From Sanchytrium tribonematis (lineage: Eukaryota), in assembly GCA_018985235.1 (NCBI GenBank), contig JADGIG010000009.1, positions 1 through 61,504 on the forward strand: 61,504 nt of DNA. Direction: 5' to 3'. The notes under the pieces are model-generated. The model saw only the letters and a list, made by a program, of their open reading frames with translations. It ran no database searches and had not been told where the DNA came from. This document shows positions 23,475-35,460 of this stretch, in pieces. Every line of letters begins with the position of its first letter. The stretch's first letter is position 1. Both the position numbers and the translations under genes were made by a program.

Positions 23475-25242
23475 TTAAACAAATATGGGGTATATGTCTT
23501 CAACAGATCGCTTGGTGCTACTTAATAGATCTTGCGAGTTTAATTCTTGCTCTTTTTTCAATTTTCCACGACTCTTGGGGTTAGAAACTGATTGCTGTAA
23601 TAGTTTGCCACATTCTATAGGACCGTTTTTTAAGATTTTTCTAATATTTGGTGATGGTTTTAATATAACTCCTGAGCCATCCTGATTAAGACTTAAAACA
23701 ACAGGATGAAGTGCATTTGGTAAAATCTTAGATGCATACCCTTCCTTGCATATTTGCTGACTAACTAGGCAGTCCGAGACACCTTTTTCAAGGTCATAAA
23801 TTAATATCTAAGTAAACTAAAAATACTTGACCATCCCTTCTCAAAAACATGAACTTATTGGGTGCATACGGTATCCATTTTAAATCCACAACCTGCGAGT
23901 ATGAGCATATTACCGCTATCGGTTGAACGACATCACATGACCAGAGAGCAATTTTCCAATCTTCACCAAAAGTAATAAAAAGATTTAAATTTGACATGTT
24001 CCACTCTCCACATCTTACAGGTTGTTCATGAAATTCTTCAAATTGAGTGAGCGTGTTGTCTTTCATATTAAAAGTAAACACTTTTCTTTCACTGCAAAAT
24101 AGTAACTTGCAATTTTCGGCTCTTTCAAACTTGCAAAATGTCAAAGCTGTCTTAGAGCTTAAAGCTGTTTCTTCTTCAAATACGAACACCGAATTCGCAA
24201 ATACCCATCGTTGCAATATACCATTTTCAAAGACTATAAAACCCGAATCATCGTTTGGTGCATTAATTGCAATAGGCCTGCGCTTTATGTCCAGTGACCA
24301 TACAGATTCGCCGCCTGAAAGACTTATATAACCTAACTGGTTCTTTGTAGTAGCCCAGACGTCTCCTGAATTTGTGAAAGTCACATTTGTAATAGAACAT
24401 TCAATATTCAATTCATTCCTGGTTGATATATCTCTGATATCAACTATGCTAATGATACTAGAACTCGAAGATACTGACTCTCTAGAAACAGTGATATATT
24501 GCTCCAGTATTCTAGGATTCCATTGAGCATCAATCAAAATTCCGGAGGATGAACCGCTTAATTCCCAAAGTGGTAAAACAGTGCCATCATCTGGTTCTTT
24601 GATTGAGTCAGAAGGGTCATTCCAAAAGCGAAAATCGTAAATTACATCTTCATATATGTTTTGATTTATCATTCTAGATACTGCAGGGATTCCAGTGGTT
24701 GCTTCGGAGTTTGGTCCAATTGCTTCCAGTCGGAAAAGCTCATAATTTTCGCCTACGACTTTTCGAAGAGCAGTTTTTTTATCCTTTTCAGGGTCTAGCT
24801 TTCCAGATTTTACATATGCTTCAAATATTGTTCCTTGAGTCACTGAGGCAGAGTACTCATTAGTACAGTAAAATGCAGATGAAGAACACTTGTCAAGATT
24901 TGGACTCTTAGATGTTTGAACTGGCTTCGAATAATTCAAAAACGAATTCTTCGACTCCCTTGATTGAAGTTCTGATTCAGATTGAAAGGAAAATAGAGAT
25001 ATCTTAGTTGAAGGTGCAGTTTCAATGACTTCATACGCTTGATTGATGAATAATGCCTGTGAGTCTATATCATAAATATCCCTGGAATCTAAGATGCGAT
25101 AAACATAGCCTTGTAACTCAATTTCAGTTAAATCAGAATCTATGACTTGAGTGAGAGATGCTCTTGAGAGATGCTGCTCTGCAGTCTTTGGTCTCATTTT
25201 TTCTACAGCTACGTTGACTTTTGCCTTTTTATATGCTTTCAT
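23475..25242 (-). CDS. DNAI1: Divergent axonemal outer-arm dynein intermediate chain (DNAI1/IC78-like WD40); exons 25242-23827 and 23807-23475
   Basis: RMINQNIYEDV.YDFRFWNDPSD...GTVLPLW and EDWKIALW; spliced DGQILIYDL...HPVV...LKPSPNIRK parallels DNAI1 DGK.H.FDL...HP...LKLSPNLRK. Confidence 0.8.
23808..23826 (-). other. 19-nt intron GTATTTTTAGTTTACTTAG
   Basis: Opens a 110-codon terminal exon with DNAI1 similarity. Confidence 0.9.
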
Positions 25243-25269
25243 GTTTTGGAAATTTAAGAATGACCTATT

Positions 25270-25813
25270 TTATTTCATAAATTTAGCCCAGGCTTGTTGT
25301 ATGTCAACAGGAAGATGTTTATCCGAATTGATTCCATACTCCATAATATTAGATGTTAATTCCTGGATCCACTTTATCTGCTCGCTATTTAATTGATTTC
25401 CGGATTCACCATCAATAATTTCTGAACAAATTGTTTTGATCTCCTCAAATCGGCTTTCAATAATGGTTTTGAACTTGGACAATGTCGAATCATTAGGGAT
25501 TGCCTGCTAAATTAAATCTAATTACATATAGAACTGCAATTTGGTGAGCAATGTATTTATGATTTTTCGTGAAACTGTCATTATGAATTTGCATTGCGAT
25601 TGAAATGCATTGCGTATGAAGTGCACTAGACTTGAGATATCTTCTCCAAAATTCTTGTTCTGTACCACCCAAATCAAAATTCAAACTGCTGGATAAATAA
25701 AAGCTTGTTAGATTTTTAACGCGTTCACCAGTCTGATTTATTTTAATAGGAGTCTTAATATTCACAGGAATACCCTCTATGAATGAATTTGTTACTACTA
25801 GTGGTCGATTCAT
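25270..25813 (-). CDS. Uncharacterised protein (NHKYIAHQIAVLYQ motif); exons 25813-25526 and 25506-25270
   Basis: Two ORFs join in frame after removing a consensus 19-nt intron. Confidence 0.75.
25507..25525 (-). other. 19-nt intron GTAATTAGATTTAATTTAG
   Basis: Matches the consensus and gives an in-frame fusion. Confidence 0.85.
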
Positions 25814-27316
25814 GGGTTAGTGGCTGAACTTTTGTTCGGCCTTTCTAGCAAATGGCTTTGAATTTGCAATATATCATTAAGTATATCTTCTACGTTATAG
25901 TAAATTACGTCTTGCTGTTGCATTTGAGACTTCAAATTCGAGCGTTTTCCCCAAATTTCCCTCGGATTTAAGGAAATGAATTATCAAAAGTTTGTCTGCT
26001 TTGGAGATGACAACTTGAAGAATTTTTGATACATGAACAGAAGCTACATTCGGCAAATCTGATGCTTCCATATTTAATGGCATAAGCATAATATATTCAC
26101 CATCAATGCAAAAAATTCGTTCTGGTTTACCAAATGTGCTTTTGACTTTAATCAAATACCTTCTGTAGATACTGGTATCTGCTGAATTGGTTAATTTTTT
26201 AGGCATTTTTTTCAGTTCGTCAAAATTGTTATCAGACTCTTGTTTTTTTGCTAAAAATACGTCACCTGCAGAATTTCCAGCAGATTTTCGTAACATGACC
26301 AATTCGGTAATCCCATTTAAAGTTGATACACTTTTGCTAACATCCAATGAAGTTTTCATATCGGAAAGAAATAAAAAGTAAATATCTGGGGAAACTTGTC
26401 TTTTTTTACAAACTGTCTCATGAATGGTTGATAACAACGTTTCTGGATCGCATTTGACCGTTGTAGTATGTCGAATGTCTATCGTAGAATACAGATGAAC
26501 CCGAATAAATATTATTTTGGGACCATCATTCGCTGTATTATCTTTTTCTAACGCAACAAGTCCAAAAGTTTTAAATTGAAAGACACTCATTTGCCTATTT
26601 TTATCAACTGCTGGAAAATCTTCATCAATTTCGCCGTCATCATCTGCAATCTTTAACTCATACATATCTGGATTTTGATGGCTTTTGCTCAAGACGGGTT
26701 TAATTCCCTTTTCAATGTATTTCATCAAGATAAATCCAATTACGTCCGAGACCATTGCCGACTTTATGACTTGAACAGTTAATTTAGAATTAGAAAAAGG
26801 TAATATAATATTAAGCATCAAAGAAGATTCAATAGTTGACCCTCCCACAAAGGAATATTTTGACAACGGATTCTCCACTCCAATTGAAGTATGTAGTAAA
26901 TCAGACAGTGCCGATAATCCGGCTTTTTTGGGACTGCTGAATTTCTCAGGGAAAGAGACATTTAATACTTCCTCTGAATTTTGCTTTGACTTGACGTTGT
27001 CTTCTAGATTTTCTTCTTCTGTTTTATCAAAATTGTCATCATCAGGTAAAGTTTGAATTGTCAAATCTTCGATAACAGGCGAGTTGCAATAAACAAAAGG
27101 ATCTTTGTGCTCATAATACTGATTGAACAACAATGTATAAAATTCGGCATCGCTTAACTCCATTTTGTAGTTGTTTTCTTCAACCTCGTCATAATATAAA
27201 TCAGTTTCGCTAACTTTTGGATCATTAATCTTGGATATTTTTTCAGCAAGAGGATCTTCCGAGTGAAGAATTGAAAGTCTTTCAAGTCTGATTAGAAATT
27301 TGCTATCGGTAATCAT
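25810..27316 (-). CDS. SIN1: TORC2 subunit Sin1/Avo1; exons 27316-25909 and 25889-25810
   Basis: SALS...NP...Y, CRIM domain (VIGFIL...YELKIADDDGEIDEDFPAVD), RBD and C-terminal PH (ERIFCIDGEYI). Confidence 0.88.
25890..25908 (-). other. 19-nt intron GTAATTTACTATAACGTAG
   Basis: Matches the consensus and restores a C-terminal PH helix (RQDILNDI). Confidence 0.82.
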
Positions 27317-27375
27317 AAATTTTATTGAGTTTCAGATTAAAATAAAAGCCTATAATATTTTAATTTGTCTTTTTT

Positions 27376-28716
27376 TCAAAGCAGAGAAATAACTTCGTTT
27401 GGCAATGCAGATTGAATACTAGGCACCGTATAAGAGGTGGTCAAATCAATTATCTCACCAGAATTGCTGTTTTTCTTAGAATTATATATAGGATTTGTCA
27501 AATCTACCAATTCATGCTTTACATTGCTTGATATTTGAGGAGCAGCAAAGTTTGTGAGATTAATAGAAGATAAGTTATTTTCCGAGCTTTTAATTTCTGC
27601 ATTAGGTAACAGGGTCACAGAGTCGGAAGAGTGCGAATTGCAAATTTGGGCCACATATTCATCATAAATTAATTCAGGTAGCAACGGAATGGAAAAACTT
27701 TGTTGAATGTTGACATCGAGATGCTTTGGAACTTTGTTAATAATATACTCGAAATGAGCAGGCTTCACTGAAGTCGAGATTTTTGAATTACAAACAGGAC
27801 ACTCAACACTTCCAAGTTTTTGAAAAGTAGTAATTGACCTCAGTTCAAAACAATCTGTGTGTTTACAGTGCTTAAATCTTAAAGGTTCAAGAATGCGAGC
27901 TAATGTAAGGGGATCAGTCAAACTCAGGTGTATTTCCTCAAGACGAATGTCGTCATCTTTTCGCTTATTTAGTAAATTAACAATTCTTTTTTTGGATTGT
28001 CTAAGAGAGAGCTTTTGATTTTCCTTAATTGTTTTTAAGACAACTGAATTGCTTTGCTTAATTCTTAATATAAGAAACACGGGTATATTTAATAGTTTTA
28101 GCGAGCTGATAATGCTTGCGGTATGTATAGGAGGTGATGCACCCGATAATGTTTTAATAAAATGCGACTTACATATAGATAAACCTCCTAATGTATTGAT
28201 GATTTGACTGTAATATTTAATTGAACACTTGTTTGACCTTGATTTAATTAATAGTTTATCTAAATAATATAAATTAAAGCCCGAATTCAAGTCATGTTGA
28301 TGTTGATTTAATCGGTTAAGGCATTTTCTATTTAATTCGACAGAATGTATAGCACTTTTTGGTCTTAAACGCAATTTGGGGCTAGCATACAGAACACTAT
28401 ACAAATCCAATTGGACTACCACAGTATGATCTTGAGAGCCGTCATCCTCAAATATCAATTCTCTTACTTCGTTTCCGCCATATGTATTAATGACATCAGG
28501 AATATTAGCAGCCAGTATTTTCGTCTTGATATATGTCAAGGGTAAATCGATTTGCAATTCATTCAAATTCAATTTAAAATCTCCAAATATTAAATGAAAA
28601 TCGTTATCTTGTAGTTGTATTTGAACATTTTGAATTCTTTGAGGATTATTTGATGGTTGTGGTTGTGGTCTGTAGCTATATCTTTGTATTTTATGTGTTT
28701 TTATTGTTCGAGCCAT
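27376..28716 (-). CDS. SP-RING (zf-MIZ) SUMO E3 ligase-like protein
   Basis: LSLTDPLTLARI.EP.R...CKHTDCFE...CPVC, with C-terminal SIM-like LVDLT and IIDLT. Confidence 0.8.
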   Translation of the reverse strand: MARTIKTHKIQRYSYRPQPQPSNNPQRIQNVQIQLQDNDFHLIFGDFKLNLNELQIDLPLTYIKTKILAANIPDVINTYGGNEVRELIFEDDGSQDHTVVVQLDLYSVLYASPKLRLRPKSAIHSVELNRKCLNRLNQHQHDLNSGFNLYYLDKLLIKSRSNKCSIKYYSQIINTLGGLSICKSHFIKTLSGASPPIHTASIISSLKLLNIPVFLILRIKQSNSVVLKTIKENQKLSLRQSKKRIVNLLNKRKDDDIRLEEIHLSLTDPLTLARILEPLRFKHCKHTDCFELRSITTFQKLGSVECPVCNSKISTSVKPAHFEYIINKVPKHLDVNIQQSFSIPLLPELIYDEYVAQICNSHSSDSVTLLPNAEIKSSENNLSSINLTNFAAPQISSNVKHELVDLTNPIYNSKKNSNSGEIIDLTTSYTVPSIQSALPNEVISLL

Positions 28717-28850
28717 CTGAAATTTGTTTGAAGGATGATAAAGAGACTTAAAAATTTTAAATAAATAAAAAATAATTCAATGCTGACAAAAAGCATATTG
28801 AATACTATAACACAAGCTGATCTTATTTGGTAGATTTCTCCTATAAACGA

Positions 28851-29939
28851 ATGGAGATCGGAGTTCAAAGTTTGGTGAGGCAAAACATAAAAGTGCTTAA
28901 ATCGTACAGTTCTGCTCGGCATGAATCAAATGCAGGCTCTATTTTGTTAGATGCTAACGAGAATAGTTTAGGTGACTCACTAGGACTAAATTTAAATCGA
29001 TACCCAGATCCATTGCAAATCAACCTTAAGGCAAAAATTGCAGCTTTCAGAAACGTGAACGAGGATCAGATATTTGCCGGAAATGGATCAGACGAAGCTA
29101 TAGACATCTTGTTCAGAGTGTTTTGCGAGCCTCAGAAAGATTGCGTTTTGATTTGTCCACCGACTTATGGCATGTATTCCGTTCAAGCCTCAATCCATGA
29201 CAGCCCAGTAATATCTGTTAATTTACTGTCCAATTTCCAACTCGACGTTGCTTCTCTCGAATCGCAGGTAATGTCAAATCCAAAATTAGTTTTTCTTTGC
29301 AACCCTGGTAACCCAACTGGAACTCTCTTACGAAGCGAAGATATAAACCGGGTGATTTCGCTTTATAAGAATAGTATTATTATCATCGATGAAGCATATA
29401 TTGATTTTTGCTCCCAATATAGTAGCTTGAGTCTTATTAGAAATGAAAAGGTTGTGATTCTTCAGACCTGTTCAAAGTCGTTTGGTCTCGCTGGTCTACG
29501 TCTAGGAATTGCTATTGCAAATAAGGCAATTATTTATTACATGAACAAAGTCAAAGCACCATATAATTTGTCTCAATTAACAATTGAACACGGTATCAGA
29601 GCATTTTCAACCGAATCGATATCCAGGATGAAAGATTCTGTGCAAAAAATAATAGCTTTGAGAAACGATTTTCGCTGCTGGATGGATTCCTTAGATTTTG
29701 TTAGATTACTAGATTCTAATGATGCTAATTTTGTACTGTGTCAAATTTGTATTGATAAGCAGCCAAATAACGAGGCCGCGATTAATATCTACCATCATTT
29801 GAAAGGTCTGGGGGTAGTGGTGCGGTACCGCGGAAATGAACATAATTGCTATGGATCTTTGAGAATTTCGATAGGAACTAAGCAAGAGATGGAAATTTTA
29901 AAAGAAAACTTTGTAAACGCCTTCAACGACAGTAAATGA
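28851..29939 (+). CDS. HIS5: Histidinol-phosphate aminotransferase
   Basis: LDANEN, NRYPDP, GNGSDEAID, NPGNPTG, DEAYIDF and SKSFGLAGLRLG. Confidence 0.95.
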   Translation: MEIGVQSLVRQNIKVLKSYSSARHESNAGSILLDANENSLGDSLGLNLNRYPDPLQINLKAKIAAFRNVNEDQIFAGNGSDEAIDILFRVFCEPQKDCVLICPPTYGMYSVQASIHDSPVISVNLLSNFQLDVASLESQVMSNPKLVFLCNPGNPTGTLLRSEDINRVISLYKNSIIIIDEAYIDFCSQYSSLSLIRNEKVVILQTCSKSFGLAGLRLGIAIANKAIIYYMNKVKAPYNLSQLTIEHGIRAFSTESISRMKDSVQKIIALRNDFRCWMDSLDFVRLLDSNDANFVLCQICIDKQPNNEAAINIYHHLKGLGVVVRYRGNEHNCYGSLRISIGTKQEMEILKENFVNAFNDSK

Positions 29940-29947
29940 ATAAGAAT

Positions 29948-30626
29948 TTATGATCGTGGCTGTTCCATCTTCTTTCTTTTTGCATATCGTAAGCCGCATG
30001 CATTGCATAATGTTTTAGCCCCAGTTGGTCCTTTCCTCCATTCCTAAATAAAAAATAAGTACAGGACTTTCATTAGTACCACACTCCGTGCAAATCTTTT
30101 CTTCTTCCCCTCTTTTATGCTTTCGCATGTCTATCTCCGCCTTTTCTAGTTTATCTCCATACTTCTGCTTTAATTGCTCATTTTCAAATTTTAAGGAGAT
30201 AAGCGAATCCATTTGTGTACTGACTTTACTTGGATATTCTCTGCACACATTAATTATATATTGTTTTTGAGGGGTATTGAGTGGTTTACCTCGGACTTCT
30301 AAGATAATGTAATCGGCATTTTTTCTTCTAAATCGATGCATAATTGTATATTCACCAGATAACTGCAGGGATACTTGTAAATGTTTTGATAGACCACGTC
30401 CGTCATCAGGATGCACAAATTCTCCTAGATAGCGACCAACCAATTCGTTTGGTTGAAAGCCCGTAACTTGAAAACAACTAGGAGATGCATAAGTTATGAT
30501 TCCACTAGCTGACACTACATATATAAAATCGCTGACTTGTTCAATCAATTGTTGAGCCCAGTCGGGACTTTTCATAAATTGAGCAAAAAAAGAAGACTTT
30601 GAATTTGATTCATCGTCAAAATCCAT
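29948..30626 (-). CDS. PAS + GATA zinc-finger transcription factor (White Collar-2-like); exons 30626-30063 and 30043-29948
   Basis: PAS domain (YASPS...GFQPNELVG...FVHPDD); splicing yields [30 protein letters not shown]. Confidence 0.9.
30044..30062 (-). other. 19-nt intron GTACTTATTTTTTATTTAG
   Basis: Interrupts the GATA finger (SP|EWRKGP); removal restores C-x2-C-x18-C-x2-C. Confidence 0.97.
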
Positions 30627-30762
30627 TGTGTTTAAAGGAGACAATAGTATTTGTAATTTACTACCTTTAGGTATGATTTCAATTGGTTCAAGTCCAAACA
30701 GCGAAAAGCGTGCTTAAAATTGCTATTACTTTAATTACTAAATTTTGAGTGTTGTCCCGTGT

Positions 30763-33325
30763 ATGATAGTCTTTTCAAGCGATGTTTGTCAACTCTCATT
30801 TTTGCAAAATATTCACGCACCAGTAGCAACGGCATTAGATCTGGTAGATTCAACAATACTAATAAGTGCAGAAGATGGCATATATTACGGAGTTTACAAC
30901 AATATCAAAAAGTTGACTCTGAACAAAAAAACTTGCTGCCTACTTAAAAGTGGGGGTGACCTGATTACCGTATATCCCGATTATATTTCTTCCATCAATC
31001 AAAAAATTATTTGCAACTTTCAGCCTTCCAAAGTTTTGCCGAACAAACAATTTTGCCTATTTTACAATCCCAATGGTTACTTTTGTCATCTGAATGGAAA
31101 CGAATTGAAAAATAATCTACTACCGTACACGATTCTTAAAAAGCCCATTAATTGTGCAGGTTATATTGTATACAATTCCGCAATTAAAACCTTACTTGTC
31201 ACTGGTCACACTATTTATCAATTTACTAATGGGGCGAACGAATTTGATTTACAAACTACTTTAAATAGTGGGATTTTCGGAATTGTCGATGGTTATAGTT
31301 CCTGGATGTGTATGACAATTGAAGACCAGAAATATTGTATCGTGGAATTAAGCCCAATTGATTTAAAGGTTATACAAAAAATCCCTTTACACGTGAGCGA
31401 CAAAGCTGTATTTTTGAAATGCTATATTATCAAGGAAATTTTATTTGTTGTGTTTTCAACTTATATTAAAACATACAACCTAAATGGAGATCTCATTGAT
31501 CACCTTCCCTTTCCCAATCAACTCAAAGTGGTTTCCACATCGCCTATGCCAGACAGAGATAACAAACTGCGATTTGTTCTCGCAACGGTAGACGAGGAAA
31601 AGAAAATCAATCATCCACAAATTTTCTCACTGGAAGTAAAAAAATCAAGTTTTATGAAGCCATTTAAAGATTCATTGGCTGTTTTTAACTATCTTCTATA
31701 TGGTTGGGTACAACTTACTGAATTTCATGTGCCTAGAGAAGAATCGATGGATGAGTTTTTAAAATATATTTGTGAAATCACTTTGGGAAGTAACCCATTG
31801 AATTTAATAGAATTTCAAATTGATATTTTGGAAAGAATCAGACTTCTTTACGCAGAAGTACATACCGATTGTCCAATTGGAGTATTTAATCTACTGATTT
31901 ACAAAAAATTAGGTCATTTCTTGATACATTCTGATCTTAGTAGTCTCTTTTTACAACAAACTTGCACAAAAGGAGAATATAAAAGCTTAGGACTTAACTT
32001 TTCAAACGGTGTGACTGACTTCAACTTTTACAAAGGTATCTCTGAATACCTAAATAGTACAATGGAAGATAAGCTCTATGCTATTAATATACTAGCAAGC
32101 TTTCTGAATATATTAGGGGAAAGTTTGAACATACAGACTGCACAATTTCCTGATTGTATTATTGGGGTACATATTACTAACTGTATTCAAAAAGCCTTAA
32201 GCGTATCAGAACAATTTGAGTTTGATCAAATTTGTCAATTTTTAGGAATCTGTGCCAAATTTATTTTGAAAGTTCTTTCTCCTTCAAGTAGAGATATTTC
32301 TGCAGCTCGCTCGAAAGCATTTTTAGATTGCTTTGAGGCAGTCGTTAATTTTTACTTTAATTATAATTTGGATACTTTAATAGAGCTTCTGTCAAAATTT
32401 CCATCGCCAAAATGTGTAGAGAGTACTATTTTTTATAATTCATCACCAGAAATGAGCATCTGTAATGAGTTACTTGGATTAATTGATTCTAATGTCATTT
32501 TTGATGCTTTCACTAATAGGCAGAGTGGAGAACTTTTATGCAACTTTACTGGGAAACACTTTCAATTCGCTTTATCATATGCAGAGCGCAATGAATTACC
32601 AGAAATTCTCTTTTTACTATATGTGAAATTGAAGAAGTACGATCTAGCATACTATTATATAATTGCAGCATTAGAAAAATATGAAAATCAACATGGTCTT
32701 GACTTTTGCAGACTGCGAATCACGTCACCCAAAAATGTCGATTTTTCCATTTCTCCTACTTTTGACTATCTGGTACTTATAATTTACTTAGTATCTCGTT
32801 AGCCTTTCAAAAATAATTTACAAGCTTGCCGACGTTGAGGACAAATCCAAATCGAGGATTATATCTATTCGACTTTTGAAACAGGTCAAAATGTACGAAG
32901 ACACAAGTGACGGAGTCTTTCAATATTTTGATCAGCTATATGACTCTTACAAATCTAAATGGCCTGATTTTGACGGCGATCTATTTCAAATTGAATGCAT
33001 TGGAATTGTTGACTTGGTAATTTGCTGTTTTCTTAACAAATACACCGTCATTTCTGGCATCAATTATTTAAATGAATTAAAGATCGCCGAGCAAGATCAA
33101 GAAAAGTACGCATTAAAAATACTAGGATTTACAAGACTTATAGCTCACTGTTCTGATAAGCATGTAAATTCTTATATACAATCTAATAAGCCTTATATCT
33201 GTGACGTAATAGGTGGTTCAAAATTTGGTGATCTTAAATGTTTAGAATCTTACATTAATTCGCATACATTCTGGGAAGCAATAGAAAAAGAATTTGAATA
33301 TTCGCAAAAAATTATGGTTGAATAA
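30763..33325 (+). CDS. Large beta-propeller plus helical protein (possibly a divergent nucleoporin); exons 30763-32772 and 32792-33325
   Basis: 685-aa and 149-aa ORFs join in frame through a consensus intron. The beta-rich N-half and helical C-half are visible, but the family call is weak. Confidence 0.6.
32773..32791 (+). other. 19-nt intron GTACTTATAATTTACTTAG
   Basis: Matches the consensus and gives an in-frame fusion. Confidence 0.85.
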
Positions 33326-33351
33326 ACAACAATTTCCCCCTAATTTCATAA

Positions 33352-33807
33352 ATGGATGATGAATATGGTCTAAGAGGACTATTAAGCATTATGAGAAATT
33401 CAAATCCAGATTGTCAAGCGCTAACTCTGGGAGCTGATTTGACATCTCTTAGCTTGAATTTGAATGCACCCGAGCCACTGGCATCAAAATTGCTAAATGT
33501 TCTAGAGGATCCACCCATAAAAAGCTCAAGAGTGCCCATCGACGTTCTTGATCATCTACCATATCCTCTTATGGATATTCCACTTAGATTCGATAGATTT
33601 AATGAAAAAACTCTGCTATATATATTTTATTCTCTACCTCGTGATAAGCAACAACTTCAAGCAGCGCAAATGCTACACAATCAAGGATTTAAATATCATA
33701 AATCAAAAACTTGGGTGCATGAAGGTAGGAGGGTCAAATTTGATTTAAATACTTTTGATTTTCTTCCAAATGATTTAGATACCGACTACTTATCAATCCC
33801 AATTTAA
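33352..33807 (+). CDS. NOT2: CCR4-NOT subunit Not2
   Basis: YGLRGLL, LGADLTSL.LNLN and NOT box TLLYIFYSLPRD..Q..AA..L...G..YHK. Confidence 0.9.
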   Translation: MDDEYGLRGLLSIMRNSNPDCQALTLGADLTSLSLNLNAPEPLASKLLNVLEDPPIKSSRVPIDVLDHLPYPLMDIPLRFDRFNEKTLLYIFYSLPRDKQQLQAAQMLHNQGFKYHKSKTWVHEGRRVKFDLNTFDFLPNDLDTDYLSIPI

Positions 33808-33827
33808 TTTGCAACAATAAAACAGAT

Positions 33828-34049
33828 TTAAAACATGTAAGTGAGTTTTCTTTTCTTCTTTGGGTGTGTATCAGTCTCCTGTTGCTCACTGTGGATGACT
33901 TTTTTTTTAAAAATTCTGGCCTTTTGTTTGCCTTTAAGAACATGCCTAACATCTCTCTTCGGATTCAGTCTCAGATTAGTCGCTTTTATATTAACCATTT
34001 TTTCTGCTACTTCGAGCTGCTGTTCAATTTCCTTCACTACGTTGTCCAT
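33828..34049 (-). CDS. Small basic protein
   Basis: 73-aa Lys-rich ORF filling a gap; has an NLS-like KKKRK. Confidence 0.55.
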   Translation of the reverse strand: MDNVVKEIEQQLEVAEKMVNIKATNLRLNPKRDVRHVLKGKQKARIFKKKVIHSEQQETDTHPKKKRKLTYMF

Positions 34050-34093
34050 TGTTTCAAGTTGACCCTTAAGCGATAAAATGCTTTTGTGAAAAT

Positions 34094-34681
34094 TTATTTA
34101 AAGAAATTTCCAACTTTGTCCAGCCAGTTCTCGTATTCAACCTGCTCCTTCCAAATTTTCAAATCTCGAATTTTGTCAGCAAGTTCTTTACCAACTGACA
34201 AGCTTTCGAGCTTAAGATGCAACTCCTCTTCCACTTTCTCATCTAAAGTAGCCATGGAAGGGCCTTCGTAATTGTCCTCACGTAAATTATCTTTTTTTTG
34301 ATACTCCAAGCTGGGATAATAGCACGTATTGACAACATTTAATTCACCACCATCTACATTTAAGTCCATTGTTACGATGCCTTCTTGTCCTTTACGAGTG
34401 ACGTCGAGAACCACAGAAGTCCCCTCCTCGGCTTCTGGATCAATATTCTCATTGCCATCAATAAACATTTCCAGTTTGTATTCATCTACATTTTTTTCAA
34501 TCTTTATTTCTGATTTACCCAATGTGTGAGAGATCTCCCAACCTTTGCTTTTCAAAAAATCAACAGTATGAGGATGAACAGTGTGAATAGTATTGTTCTT
34601 GACTTCATAGTCCATCTCTTCTTTTAAAATAGAAGAGAGATTTCTCCATTTCGGAGTTGTGCTGAGTAATCGGCGGAGCAT
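34094..34681 (-). CDS. MAM33: Mitochondrial acidic matrix protein Mam33/p32
   Basis: Presequence, EEMDYE, YEGP...LDE and KEQVEYENWL.KV.NF. Confidence 0.88.
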   Translation of the reverse strand: MLRRLLSTTPKWRNLSSILKEEMDYEVKNNTIHTVHPHTVDFLKSKGWEISHTLGKSEIKIEKNVDEYKLEMFIDGNENIDPEAEEGTSVVLDVTRKGQEGIVTMDLNVDGGELNVVNTCYYPSLEYQKKDNLREDNYEGPSMATLDEKVEEELHLKLESLSVGKELADKIRDLKIWKEQVEYENWLDKVGNFFK

Positions 34682-34695
34682 GTAACAAGGGAATA

Positions 34696-35460
34696 ATGTC
34701 TTTCTTTAATTATATCGCTTATCCTTCGTCATTGTTTCTTTTTCTGCCCTGCCTAGAAGTCTTTCAGGAATACAAAATCATCCTCCTTGATACCGTATCA
34801 AATTATCTGATCATGGGTAAAAAACAAATGAAGGTTGTTAAGTTAGATTACCATGCTGATACGAGAGCCGGTTTCGTTGTTCGAGAGATGAAAGAAAAAC
34901 CTCCGATTCCCATCGAGGCACCAAATTTAGACTACAACATTCCACTCGATCCAACAGAAATTCCCCGATGCGAGTTTTGCAAATCAGTTGAAATTGATCC
35001 CATTTATTACAATACTTTTAAAGTAAAAATTTGCAAAATATGCATCAAAGATCATGAATCCGAGTTTGCCTTATTGACTAAAACTGAGGCAAAACAGGAT
35101 TATATGCTAACTGAACCCGAGCTCAAGTCTCTAAATCACATGGAAAAAGTGAATCCTCATCGTTCTCAGTGGTATCCAATGCAATTGTTTTTACGCAAAG
35201 ATCTTGAGAATTTTGCAATTAGGAAATGGGGAAGTCTTGAAAAGATGGACCAGGAGTTTTACCGGCGGGAAGCAGCAAAAAAGTCAAAAAAAGAGGAAAA
35301 GTATAATAAGAAACTTAAGAAATTAAGAAGTGGAGTGAGAACAGGTGACTGGGAAAGAAAATCTACAGAGGATACTCATTTGCACGATTTCGGCGCTTCA
35401 TCAGCAAAAAATGTTCTTGTCTGTCAATGCGGTGAGACTCTTGAAGAAGAGACATTTTAA
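34696..35460 (+). CDS. RAD14: Nucleotide excision repair factor XPA/Rad14 (start may be ATG 34813)
   Basis: DTRAGF, C4 zinc finger, LLTKTEAKQDYMLTEPEL, NPH...MQLFL and KWGSLE. Confidence 0.92.
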   Translation: MSFFNYIAYPSSLFLFLPCLEVFQEYKIILLDTVSNYLIMGKKQMKVVKLDYHADTRAGFVVREMKEKPPIPIEAPNLDYNIPLDPTEIPRCEFCKSVEIDPIYYNTFKVKICKICIKDHESEFALLTKTEAKQDYMLTEPELKSLNHMEKVNPHRSQWYPMQLFLRKDLENFAIRKWGSLEKMDQEFYRREAAKKSKKEEKYNKKLKKLRSGVRTGDWERKSTEDTHLHDFGASSAKNVLVCQCGETLEEETF

